Source of the DNA: Propionibacteriaceae bacterium
Lineage (GTDB): Bacteria; Actinomycetota; Actinomycetes; Propionibacteriales; Propionibacteriaceae
Length of the DNA stretch: 64,000 nucleotides
Direction: 5' to 3'
Assembly: GCA_031285845.1 (NCBI GenBank)
Contig: JAITVK010000006.1
Span: forward strand, 1,286 to 65,285
Made by a program: the position numbers and the translations under genes. Shown here one piece after another: positions 28,867 through 36,262 of this stretch. The notes under the pieces are model-generated. The model did not search any database. It saw only the letters and a program-made list of their open reading frames with translations, and was not told the DNA's origin. How positions within the stretch are numbered: the first letter of the stretch is position 1; every line of letters starts with the position of its first letter.

Positions 28867-28952
28867 GCCGAACCTTGTAGTACGCGCGAAGCACCGCCGA
28901 ACCTGTAGTACGTGCGGAGCACCGCGGAATGTGCAAGTACGCGCGAAGCAAG
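28867..28952. repeat. Three tandem 28-29-bp direct repeats in the folP-folBK non-coding island
   Basis: CGCCGAACCTTGTAGTACGCGCGAAGCAC / CGCCGAACCTGTAGTACGTGCGGAGCAC / CGCGGAATGTGCAAGTACGCGCGAAGCAA, read directly from the sequence. Confidence 0.7.
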
Positions 28953-28996
28953 AGTACAGAGCGAGGGCACGGAGGGGCTGGTCGCACGGCGTACCT

Positions 28997-29153
28997 GACA
29001 CAACCCTCCCCAAGTTGGCCCCATCGGCCCTTGGTGACAGCTCGTGGATGGATTGTGTCGTCGTTTTGGCCCGATTTCGCTCTTTTCGACGACACAACCC
29101 ATCCTCGAGTTCGTCGCCAGGCGTTTCAGGGCTCACTTGGGCAGGGTTGTGTC
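28997..29153. repeat. Nested inverted repeats built from four copies of a GACACAAyCC motif
   Basis: The outer pair is GACACAACCCT (28997-29007) and AGGGTTGTGTC (29143-29153). The inner 18-bp arms GGATGGATTGTGTCGTCG (29046-29063) and CGACGACACAACCCATCC (29087-29104) have one mismatch and a 23-nt T-flanked loop. Confidence 0.7.
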
Positions 29154-29436
29154 GCCGGTTGGAGGATGACAGAAGTTCAGCCACTGAAGAGAGTTCCGGA
29201 CCATTCGAGCACAGGGTACGGCGACTCACGGAGACGCGAAGAGCGCGGGCACGACAACGCGGCTTGGAGCAGTGGTCGGCGCCGAGCAGAAGAACCCCTG
29301 CCAGCGAGCACCCCTCGAACTCGAGACCTGAATCCGCCCGGCGCACATTACGGGCCAAAACCGATCTGGGAAGCGTCCTCGGCACGATTGGGTATGGGTT
29401 TCCACTCAAATCGAGCGTCATCGGAGGGTGGAACAG

Positions 29437-29477
29437 GGCAAAATCGACGCCGGGGTTTCAATGAGGTCGATTTTGCC
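29437..29477. repeat. Perfect 12-bp stem hairpin in the non-coding island
   Basis: GGCAAAATCGAC (29437-29448) / GTCGATTTTGCC (29466-29477) with a 17-nt loop. Confidence 0.65.
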
Positions 29478-29540
29478 ACGGTCCGGCCACAGCCAGAGCC
29501 GTGGGGTGGGCCCCACACTGCGACGTTCACGCTCCCGTTC

Positions 29541-29670
29541 CCGACTCGACCCGCTTGTCACCACCCGACCCGTCGACCGCGACGCGACCCGGCATCCCGA
29601 CCCGCCAGCTCCGATCAGGCCCGCTCGTCACCATCCGACACTCAGGCCCGTACGCTCAAGTCCCGACCCG
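29541..29670. repeat. C-rich (plus strand) / G-tract-rich (minus strand) periodic region downstream of folP
   Basis: CCCGACCCG occurs at 29564, 29596 and 29662. A 20-bp direct repeat CCCGCTyGTCACCAyCCGAC lies at 29550-29569 and 29620-29639 (18/20 identical). Confidence 0.6.
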
Positions 29671-29717
29671 AGGCAGGCCACTGACCTCTATTCGACTCGC
29701 GGGTCCAGACCCGACGC

Positions 29718-30518
29718 TCAAGCCTCAGCCCGGATCAGCTCCGCCACGGCGATCGCGGCCTTATGCTCGGGAGCCGTGTGCGCTCGTACCGCCCAGACTC
29801 GTTGACGTGCCAACAAGCCGGTGATCGAGGCACCGGCCGCGTCGCGCTGCCACGGCTGGGTCGGATGAGCATAGGCCTGAGCCAAGAATCGTTTGCGAGA
29901 AACCCCCCACAGAACCGGGAATCCCAAGTCCGAGACCACCTGGGCATGAGCGATCAACTCCCAGTTCTGACTAGCGGTTTTCCCAAAGCCGATGCCGGGA
30001 TCCAGGATCAGGCGATCCGGGTCGATCCCGGCTTCAATCGCCGACTGAGCCCGTTCCCATAACTCGTCCGCGACTTCGCTCACCACCGCCTCGTGGGTCG
30101 GGCGATGAGAAAACGGGGTACGCCAATGCTGAAGGATGTAGTGGGCTGAACTGTTCGCCACAACCGACCACATCTGGTCGTCGGCCAAGCCGCCCGAGAC
30201 GTCGTTGACAAAATGGGCGCCAGCTCGTACGGCGGCTGCCGCCACCGATGAATGCACCGTGTCGACGCTGATGGTGATCCCCGCGCCCGCCAGCGCTTCG
30301 ATCACCGGGAGCACCCGTGCTGCCTCGTCTTCCGGGTCGACCCGAGTGGCGTCAGGTCTGGTCGACTCGCCGCCGACATCGATCAGGTCGGCGCCTTGCC
30401 CGACCAACTCCACACCCCAGTCGATCGCGTCAGTGACGCTACGATGGACGTTATCTGCAAAGGAATCTGGGGTCACATTGACGATCCCCATCAAACGGGT
30501 CGGCGCCGCAGTCATCAT
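29718..30518 (-). CDS. folP: Dihydropteroate synthase
   Basis: GIVNVTPDSFAD, DVGGESTRP, SVDT and GFGK motifs. I chose the MM start at 30518. The long N-terminal extension in the track ORF is not protein-like. Confidence 0.9.
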   Translation of the reverse strand: MMTAAPTRLMGIVNVTPDSFADNVHRSVTDAIDWGVELVGQGADLIDVGGESTRPDATRVDPEDEAARVLPVIEALAGAGITISVDTVHSSVAAAAVRAGAHFVNDVSGGLADDQMWSVVANSSAHYILQHWRTPFSHRPTHEAVVSEVADELWERAQSAIEAGIDPDRLILDPGIGFGKTASQNWELIAHAQVVSDLGFPVLWGVSRKRFLAQAYAHPTQPWQRDAAGASITGLLARQRVWAVRAHTAPEHKAAIAVAELIRAEA

Positions 30519-30872
30519 CCATGAGCCACTTCGATCAGCCCCAACCGTCGCGGTGCTTGTCGTTGATTTCACAATAGACATCCTCGCCCTTCTCTCCACT
30601 TGCCAGACTACCGCCGCGCTCAGCCATAGAGTCGACCCACCACACGCGCCGACGGCCAACACCCGCCGGAGGTTTGACCAGTCGTCGCACGCTCCACCCG
30701 CGCCATTGTCGACGTGGAGGACGCGCTGAAACTGACCAGCCGGACCGACCGCACAACTCAGCGGTGGTACGGCGCCCCCGGCCACGGCCGGTCGCACCGA
30801 GTCACCACGCCGAGCGTCCATCCAGCCGCCGGCATGGATCCGGGATCGGCGGGAGGACTCAGGTTCACCGGA

Positions 30873-31106
30873 TCACTGAGCTTGAGAATCCGCCTGGTGT
30901 TTGCGCTCGTAGAGCAGGGCGCCACTAGGGCAACTCGACACCACCTGAGCCACGCGGTCCGCGTCGGCGGCGTCCGGCAACACCCATGGGCGGCGGCCGA
31001 CTTCGAACACCTGGGGCAATCCGGACACGCAACGCCCCGAATGCTGGCACAGGTCGGCGTCGAAAGTGACGTTGATGTCTTCACCGTAGTAGGTACGTCG
31101 GGTCAT
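30873..31106 (-). CDS. Small (4Fe-4S)-binding / divergent ferredoxin-like protein (DUF1271-like)
   Basis: Cys pattern CQHSGRC...SCPSGAL in 77 aa. A perfect AAGGAG lies 7 nt upstream of the ATG at 31106, embedded in the last codons of the GNAT gene. Confidence 0.6.
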   Translation of the reverse strand: MTRRTYYGEDINVTFDADLCQHSGRCVSGLPQVFEVGRRPWVLPDAADADRVAQVVSSCPSGALLYERKHQADSQAQ

Positions 31107-31110
31107 AGTT

Positions 31111-31410
31111 TCACTCCTTGTCAGTGAGGGTTTCACGAGCGTCCGCCCGTACAAGATGATTGAACTGCGGATGTGTGGCCAAGTACGACCGGACGAAGTG
31201 ACATCGCGGCACGATCGTCCACCCGTTGCGCTCGGCGTGCTCTAGGGCGTGCTCGACCAAAGCGGTTCCCACGCCGCGACCACCATACTCAGCCGGAACA
31301 ATAGTGTGTGTGTAGGACACTGAATCCTCACCAGGGTCGAACGACAACCAACCGATGACCTTGCCATCCTCGATCGCTTCGAACGATGACTGCGCGATGC
31401 GAAACTCCAT
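31111..31410 (-). CDS. Small GNAT-family N-acetyltransferase (YjdJ-like)
   Basis: ~99 aa with the acetyl-CoA loop GGRGVGTALVEHAL and the C-terminal CHFVRSYL motif. Confidence 0.72.
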   Translation of the reverse strand: MEFRIAQSSFEAIEDGKVIGWLSFDPGEDSVSYTHTIVPAEYGGRGVGTALVEHALEHAERNGWTIVPRCHFVRSYLATHPQFNHLVRADARETLTDKE

Positions 31411-31521
31411 ACCCCCATCGTGCCACATCTTCTATCACTTTGCACCCCTTTTTTTGAAATCACAGGACCGACAGAATCGGCGGGTCGACAGTCACAACCC
31501 GGCCAATCCGACACCCGAGGA

Positions 31522-31565
31522 GTCGACGACCCCTGGACGGGTACGACGGGTCGACGACTCCTGGA
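31522..31565. promoter_or_regulatory. Two 16-bp direct repeats (GTCGACGACyCCTGGA) in the GNAT/methyltransferase divergent intergenic region
   Basis: Copies at 31522-31537 and 31550-31565 are 15/16 identical with a 28-bp period, 22 nt upstream of the methyltransferase ATG. Confidence 0.3.
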
Positions 31566-31586
31566 TCAGCGTGGCACAGTGGTGGG

Positions 31587-32936
31587 ATGGAATCGCAGAC
31601 CGCACGCTGGTTGACCTCGCCTGAGGCTGAACCGTGGATCGACACCGCCATGAGCATCGCCGACCCATCCAGTCTGGCGGCGGCGACCCGGTTGCGCCGC
31701 GACCTCAAACCCGACCAGGCGGCGGCCGTATTGGATCTGGTGTGGTTGCGCCGTCGGGCCCGCACCAAGCTCGGCCCAGCCGCCGACTCTTGGTTTCTCA
31801 CCCACGCCGGTTTGGAGCAGGCCACCCGTTGGGATGTCGCCAGATGGCGGGCCGACCAGATACGCTCCCTCGGCGTCACCTCGGTCATCGACGCCGGGTG
31901 CGGACTCGGAATCGACGCGATGGCTTGTCAGCGCTTGGGACTGGCAGTCGTGGGCATCGAGCGGGATCCGGTGGTCGCAATCCTCGCCCAAGCCAATCTG
32001 AGTCGCGACTGGCGACACCGGGCACTCCAGATCACCGCATCCGATTCCACCCAGACCACGACATCCGGTCTCACCCAGACGTACGACATGCCCGGGGCGC
32101 GGCCATCCGATCACCAGCCTGGTCGAGTGATCACCGCCAGTGTGAAAGACCTGGATTGGACAGCTTGGCTGACCGATCCAGGCGCCGCGATCTTCCTCGA
32201 CCCGGCGCGACGCACCACCGCCGGACGATCCTGGAGGATCTCCGATCTGAGCCCTAGCTGGGATTGGGTCGAATCCATTGTCGAGGCCGCCCAAGGCCCG
32301 GTCGTCGTCAAGCTCGGACCAGGGTTTCCTCGATCATCCCTGCCGACGAACGCGGACGTCACGTGGGTTAGCCATCGCGGCGACCTCGTCGAGACCACCG
32401 TGTGGTCGTCCTCTCAGTCCACCGGCGCTCGCCAAGCGCTGATCCTCACCGAGTCCGATCAGCAGACCACATCGAAGACGGACCCCTCCGGCGACACCCC
32501 GACCATCTCCTGCTTGGATTCCTCAACGCCGCCTCCGCCGCCAGGGCCGCTGGGCGCGTACATCTATGAACCCGATCCGAGTGTCATTCGGGCCCAAGCC
32601 TTGGGCAGTTTGGCCAGCCGGCTTCACGCTCACCCGGTCGCCGCCGAGGTCGCCTACCTGACCGGCGACACCTCGGTCGACACCGTCTACGCGCAAGGAT
32701 TTGTGATCGACGACCAGCTCGACATGTCGGAGAAGAGTTTGCGCGCCTGGGTCCGCCAAGCCGGCATCGGAGTTCTTGAGATCAAGGTACGCGGACTCGA
32801 CATCGATCCAGCCGTGCTGCGCACAAAACTGCGCCTGAAAGGCTCGCGCTCAGCGACTGTCATCCTCACGCCTACGCAGACCGGCTCCATCGCCTTGGTC
32901 GTCCACCGTCTCAGCCAACCGGTAGTCACGACCTGA
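31587..32936 (+). CDS. Class I SAM-dependent methyltransferase with THUMP-like C-terminal region
   Basis: SAM motif I VIDAGCGLGIDAMA. The overall layout resembles actinobacterial THUMP-like methyltransferases. Confidence 0.65.
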   Translation: MESQTARWLTSPEAEPWIDTAMSIADPSSLAAATRLRRDLKPDQAAAVLDLVWLRRRARTKLGPAADSWFLTHAGLEQATRWDVARWRADQIRSLGVTSVIDAGCGLGIDAMACQRLGLAVVGIERDPVVAILAQANLSRDWRHRALQITASDSTQTTTSGLTQTYDMPGARPSDHQPGRVITASVKDLDWTAWLTDPGAAIFLDPARRTTAGRSWRISDLSPSWDWVESIVEAAQGPVVVKLGPGFPRSSLPTNADVTWVSHRGDLVETTVWSSSQSTGARQALILTESDQQTTSKTDPSGDTPTISCLDSSTPPPPPGPLGAYIYEPDPSVIRAQALGSLASRLHAHPVAAEVAYLTGDTSVDTVYAQGFVIDDQLDMSEKSLRAWVRQAGIGVLEIKVRGLDIDPAVLRTKLRLKGSRSATVILTPTQTGSIALVVHRLSQPVVTT

Positions 32937-33227
32937 CGGGTCACGCGTGACCAGACCGTGATCGACCATGTAGCGACGCAGCATCGCCGCGTCCTCATGG
33001 AACTGGCGCAACGCCAGATTCAGCTCGACCTCGTTGAGACTGTCAGTCGCCGCCAGGACCTGATGGGCGATCCAGGTCAACACCTGCGCCCGAACGGCGA
33101 GTTTGGCGGGCATCGACTTGAGTCGACCCTCGTCGTCAAAAAACCGGGCGATCGTCGCCGGAATCATGCTCACATCCTGCTCACCGGCACTCTGACGCGA
33201 GTCGTCCGAATCAGGCACGCCGACCAT
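32850..33227 (-). CDS. DUF2087-domain protein (putative regulator)
   Basis: FFDDEGRLKSMPAKLAVRAQVLTWIA...LNEVELNLALRQFHEDAAMLRRYMVDHGL matches my memory of DUF2087. Its 3' end overlaps the convergent methyltransferase gene by 87 nt. Confidence 0.6.
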   Translation of the reverse strand: MVGVPDSDDSRQSAGEQDVSMIPATIARFFDDEGRLKSMPAKLAVRAQVLTWIAHQVLAATDSLNEVELNLALRQFHEDAAMLRRYMVDHGLVTRDPSGRDYRLAETVDDQGDGAGLRRREDDSR

Positions 33228-33230
33228 GAG

Positions 33231-34196
33231 TCACTCCGACTCGGCCATCAAGGCCAACCGACTCCACGAGGGCACGAAGAACAGTTGCCCGCTCAGCAGT
33301 GTCGAGAAACTCAGCAAGGCGTCGTCCCGTTCGACCATCTGAACTAGCATCGCTCTAGTGATCGTCCAGTGGCGGGCGTAGCCGATGAAGTAGGTCCCCG
33401 TCTGCTGCTCAGCTGGGTTGGAGAACGGCACGTTCATCCGTACGATCTTCTTCTCCTCGCCGTCGATCTCGATCTTGCTGGCGTTGTTGTGGGTGTGGGT
33501 GTCCTTCTGATCGTCGTCCAGCTCGATGTCGGTGAACTTCTGCCGACCGACGACCTTCTCTTGGGCCTCGGTCTTCAGTCCGCGCCAGTGCCCCATATCA
33601 TGAAGCCACTTCTGAGCGAAGGCGTACGACCCTCCGGCGAAGTCAGGATCCTCGTCGCCGACGATGGCATAATCGGCCGACTCGCTGACCGCCGGAGCCT
33701 CGGTCCCGTCGATGAAGCCGATGATCGCTCGACCTTCGAAGTAGCGGAAGCCGTGCGTCGCATCGACAACCGTCACCGTGTCGGCGAGGAAACCGCGAAT
33801 CTGATCCATCAACTCGTAGACGACCGCTTCCGAGTTGGCGCGCAGATGGAAGAACAGGTCGCCACCGGAGGCGGGCATCGAATGGGGCTCTCCGGGCAGA
33901 CCGGCGAAGGTCTCCAGCTCTTTCGGCTTGGCCATGCCAGGGAAAAGATAATCCCAACCCTCATTCGACACGCCCATGGCGCAGCGCAGCCCGTCGTCGG
34001 CCGCGCGGATGTTCATCGACCGGATCAACGCGGGCAGTCGATCGAAGGTCTCACGGGCAGCAGCCAACTCTGCCGTAGGATCCTCACGCTTGAATCGCAG
34101 CACGGCGAAGATGACATTGTGTCCGATGTCCTTGAAGACGTCTTGGGCGTCTTTGAGAACGGCGGTGGTGATCGAAGATTCCTGGGCGGTAGTCAT
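33231..34196 (-). CDS. Dyp-type (dye-decolorizing) peroxidase
   Basis: Length and motifs (FIDGTEAP, the RMNVPF region, TYFIGYA) fit the DyP family. ATG at 34196. Confidence 0.82.
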   Translation of the reverse strand: MTTAQESSITTAVLKDAQDVFKDIGHNVIFAVLRFKREDPTAELAAARETFDRLPALIRSMNIRAADDGLRCAMGVSNEGWDYLFPGMAKPKELETFAGLPGEPHSMPASGGDLFFHLRANSEAVVYELMDQIRGFLADTVTVVDATHGFRYFEGRAIIGFIDGTEAPAVSESADYAIVGDEDPDFAGGSYAFAQKWLHDMGHWRGLKTEAQEKVVGRQKFTDIELDDDQKDTHTHNNASKIEIDGEEKKIVRMNVPFSNPAEQQTGTYFIGYARHWTITRAMLVQMVERDDALLSFSTLLSGQLFFVPSWSRLALMAESE

Positions 34197-34302
34197 ATCA
34201 CGGACCCTACACCCCAACGCCGACAATGAGGCCATTTCCATCTCGTACGCTGATGTCACGGTCTTGCGAGGTTCGACCGCGCGCTCGCGTCCAGGCGACA
34301 TC

Positions 34303-34308
34303 TATAAT
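34303..34308 (+). promoter_or_regulatory. -10 box (TATAAT) 6 nt upstream of the SIMPL ATG; predicted leaderless transcript
   Basis: TATAAT at 34303-34308, ATG at 34315. There is no correctly spaced SD. Confidence 0.45.
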
Positions 34309-34314
34309 TGGAGT

Positions 34315-35016
34315 ATGCCAGCAACGGATATCAAAGTCAGCGGTACCGCTCGCGACGTACGCACCCCCGATCGAGCCGAGGTCCGCCTTCAAGTCAGCAA
34401 GTGGGGTCGCGACTGGGACTCGATCCATCATGCCGTCACAGTGACCGTCGGCGGGCTGACCAACGCGATCAAGGAACTCGAATCTGATCATCCTCATGCC
34501 CTGTTCGACCACTCGATCGATCAGATCTCACAACGGCGCTGGACCGACGGAATCGGCACCGCCTATTCCGAGACCGTCGACTTACTTGTTGTCTTCGTCG
34601 ACTTCCAAGTCATGAGCCGGTGGGTCTTCAACCAATCCTCCGAGGATGTCCACGTCGACCAGATTCGCTGGCAACTATCGCCATCGGCGAGAAATGAGCT
34701 GAGCATCTCGTTGAGCGTCGAGGCGATCCGCAACGCTCGACGCAAAGCGGAGACTTTCGCTGTCGCCGCCGGACTGACGGTGGTCGGCATCCACACGCTG
34801 ACCGACACGGCCACCGACGAGGATTCACAGCCAGCCACCTCGTCGGCCCCGTTCGACGGCAGGGGATCCCAGACCGGGGCCGACAGCGTCAACATCACCC
34901 CGGTGCCGATCGAGACGAAGATCGTCATCGAGGCCCACTTCCTGGCAGAACCCGATCCCGCCTCCAGCAGCTTCCCCGCCACTCGGCGCCTGGTGCCGTC
35001 GTTCACCCCAGCCTGA
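34315..35016 (+). CDS. SIMPL-domain (DUF541) protein
   Basis: Composition and the pattern ...AIRNARRKAETFAVAAGLTVVGIHTL... fit SIMPL. ATG at 34315, 6 nt after a TATAAT box. Confidence 0.7.
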   Translation: MPATDIKVSGTARDVRTPDRAEVRLQVSKWGRDWDSIHHAVTVTVGGLTNAIKELESDHPHALFDHSIDQISQRRWTDGIGTAYSETVDLLVVFVDFQVMSRWVFNQSSEDVHVDQIRWQLSPSARNELSISLSVEAIRNARRKAETFAVAAGLTVVGIHTLTDTATDEDSQPATSSAPFDGRGSQTGADSVNITPVPIETKIVIEAHFLAEPDPASSSFPATRRLVPSFTPA

Positions 35017-35168
35017 GCCGTCGACCACAGGATGCACGCTGTCGCGGGGATTCTGCGCAACTTCGCCGAATCGAGACCACACACCGCCGAACTTCACAAG
35101 ACGTACGCCCGCCTCGCGGTCTCGACAACGATGCCTGCCGCTTCTCCACGCGACACACACAATGGCCT

Positions 35169-35177
35169 TGGTAGAAT
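35169..35177 (+). promoter_or_regulatory. Extended -10 (TGgTAGAAT) 6 nt upstream of the DUF2510 ATG; predicted leaderless transcript
   Basis: TGG TAGAAT at 35169-35177, ATG at 35184. Confidence 0.45.
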
Positions 35178-35183
35178 CGATTC

Positions 35184-36140
35184 ATGAGTCCAACCACCCA
35201 GACTTGGCTGCCGGATTGGTATCCGGACCCGCACGATCCGACCCGTCTGCGCTGGTGGGACGGGGTGCAATGGACCAACCACTCGCGCTCCGCGTCGACT
35301 CCGGCGACTCCCGGACCGACCAACCCACAGTACGACGCCACGTCGGATGGGACTGCGCCGACCATGACCGTTCTCAGCCGGACAACACGCCTGATCTGCG
35401 GCGGACTGTTCGGCGTGGTCGCAGTGTTGAGCCTGATCCAAGTCCTGATCATGACCACCTTTTTCAGCTTGCGCGACTCGTACGGCCATGGCCTGCTGGT
35501 GGCTCTGCCCTTCGACTGGTACCTGCTGCTGACCCCGTACTGGATGCCTCATCGCGACCCATACCTGTTCTGGGGTCTGATCCCTGCGGTGATCCTGCTC
35601 GCCGGCTGCGCGCTGGCATGGTTCGCGTTCGCCCGGCGGCGAGCCCATGTCGCCCAGACGATCATCGCCGGGGCTCTGACACTGGAAAACATCCTCGTAT
35701 GGGTGCTGCTGCTGGTCAGCGTCGGGACTGAATTCCGCTCCGGCCCACTGCTCGACGCTGAGGTGTTCGCCGTCAACGACGCCATGGGTGTCTTCGTCGC
35801 GGTGATCATCGCCCACCTGCTCGTCACGATTCTGCCACTGGCATGGCTCTGGGCGGTGTGGAGCGGATCGAACACGCCGACATGGCGCGGCGGGGTCTTT
35901 CTCGGTGTGGCTGGAGTCTACGCCGTGTGGTGCGTGGCGACCCTCCTCATCAACCCGGACCAGTCCACTTTCCTGCTCACCCCAGGACCGGCCAGCCAAC
36001 CGCTCGCCTGGGTGTCGATTGTGACCACCCTGGCCTTACTGGTCGGGTTGGCTCTGCCCGTGGCGCAACGCTTCCGCCCTGATGTCACCACGGCTTCGAC
36101 CGACAGGGCCGACCAGACCGCGGTCGCGCCCGGGCAATGA
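35184..36140 (+). CDS. DUF2510-domain membrane protein
   Basis: N-terminus WLPDWYPDPHDPTRLRWWDGVQWT (DUF2510 signature) followed by about 6 hydrophobic helices. Confidence 0.7.
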   Translation: MSPTTQTWLPDWYPDPHDPTRLRWWDGVQWTNHSRSASTPATPGPTNPQYDATSDGTAPTMTVLSRTTRLICGGLFGVVAVLSLIQVLIMTTFFSLRDSYGHGLLVALPFDWYLLLTPYWMPHRDPYLFWGLIPAVILLAGCALAWFAFARRRAHVAQTIIAGALTLENILVWVLLLVSVGTEFRSGPLLDAEVFAVNDAMGVFVAVIIAHLLVTILPLAWLWAVWSGSNTPTWRGGVFLGVAGVYAVWCVATLLINPDQSTFLLTPGPASQPLAWVSIVTTLALLVGLALPVAQRFRPDVTTASTDRADQTAVAPGQ

Positions 36141-36144
36141 TGAC

Positions 36145-36166
36145 GCGGCGCCGGGCCTGGCGCCGC
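36145..36166. terminator. GC-rich hairpin between the convergent DUF2510 and cydDC genes
   Basis: Perfect 8-bp stem GCGGCGCC/GGCGCCGC with a 6-nt loop, 5 nt after the DUF2510 stop. There is no U-tract. Confidence 0.3.
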
Positions 36167-36262
36167 ACGACCGGATCACCACTGCAGGGCCGTCACACCC
36201 TCCAGCTTCAGCGCCGCGTCACGCGGTGTGGGCCTCGGCGCGTCACCACCTGATCACCCCCG

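Noticed and set aside
28867-28952. Possible CRISPR array
   Set aside because: The repeats are directly adjacent with no spacers and there are only three degenerate units. No cas genes are in the window.
29438-29449. 12-mer GCAAAATCGACG shared with 46204-46215
   Set aside because: Single 12-mer matches are expected many times by chance in 64 kb on two strands, and the flanks do not match.
28562-29684. Overlapping ORFs in all frames across the folP-folBK island (for example 28562-29464+, 28666-29421-, 28929-29684+)
   Set aside because: They have no hydrophobic cores, are Arg/Ser/Pro-rich, and have visibly lower third-position GC than real genes here. Their only SD-like sequences are mis-spaced. 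I treat the region as non-coding.
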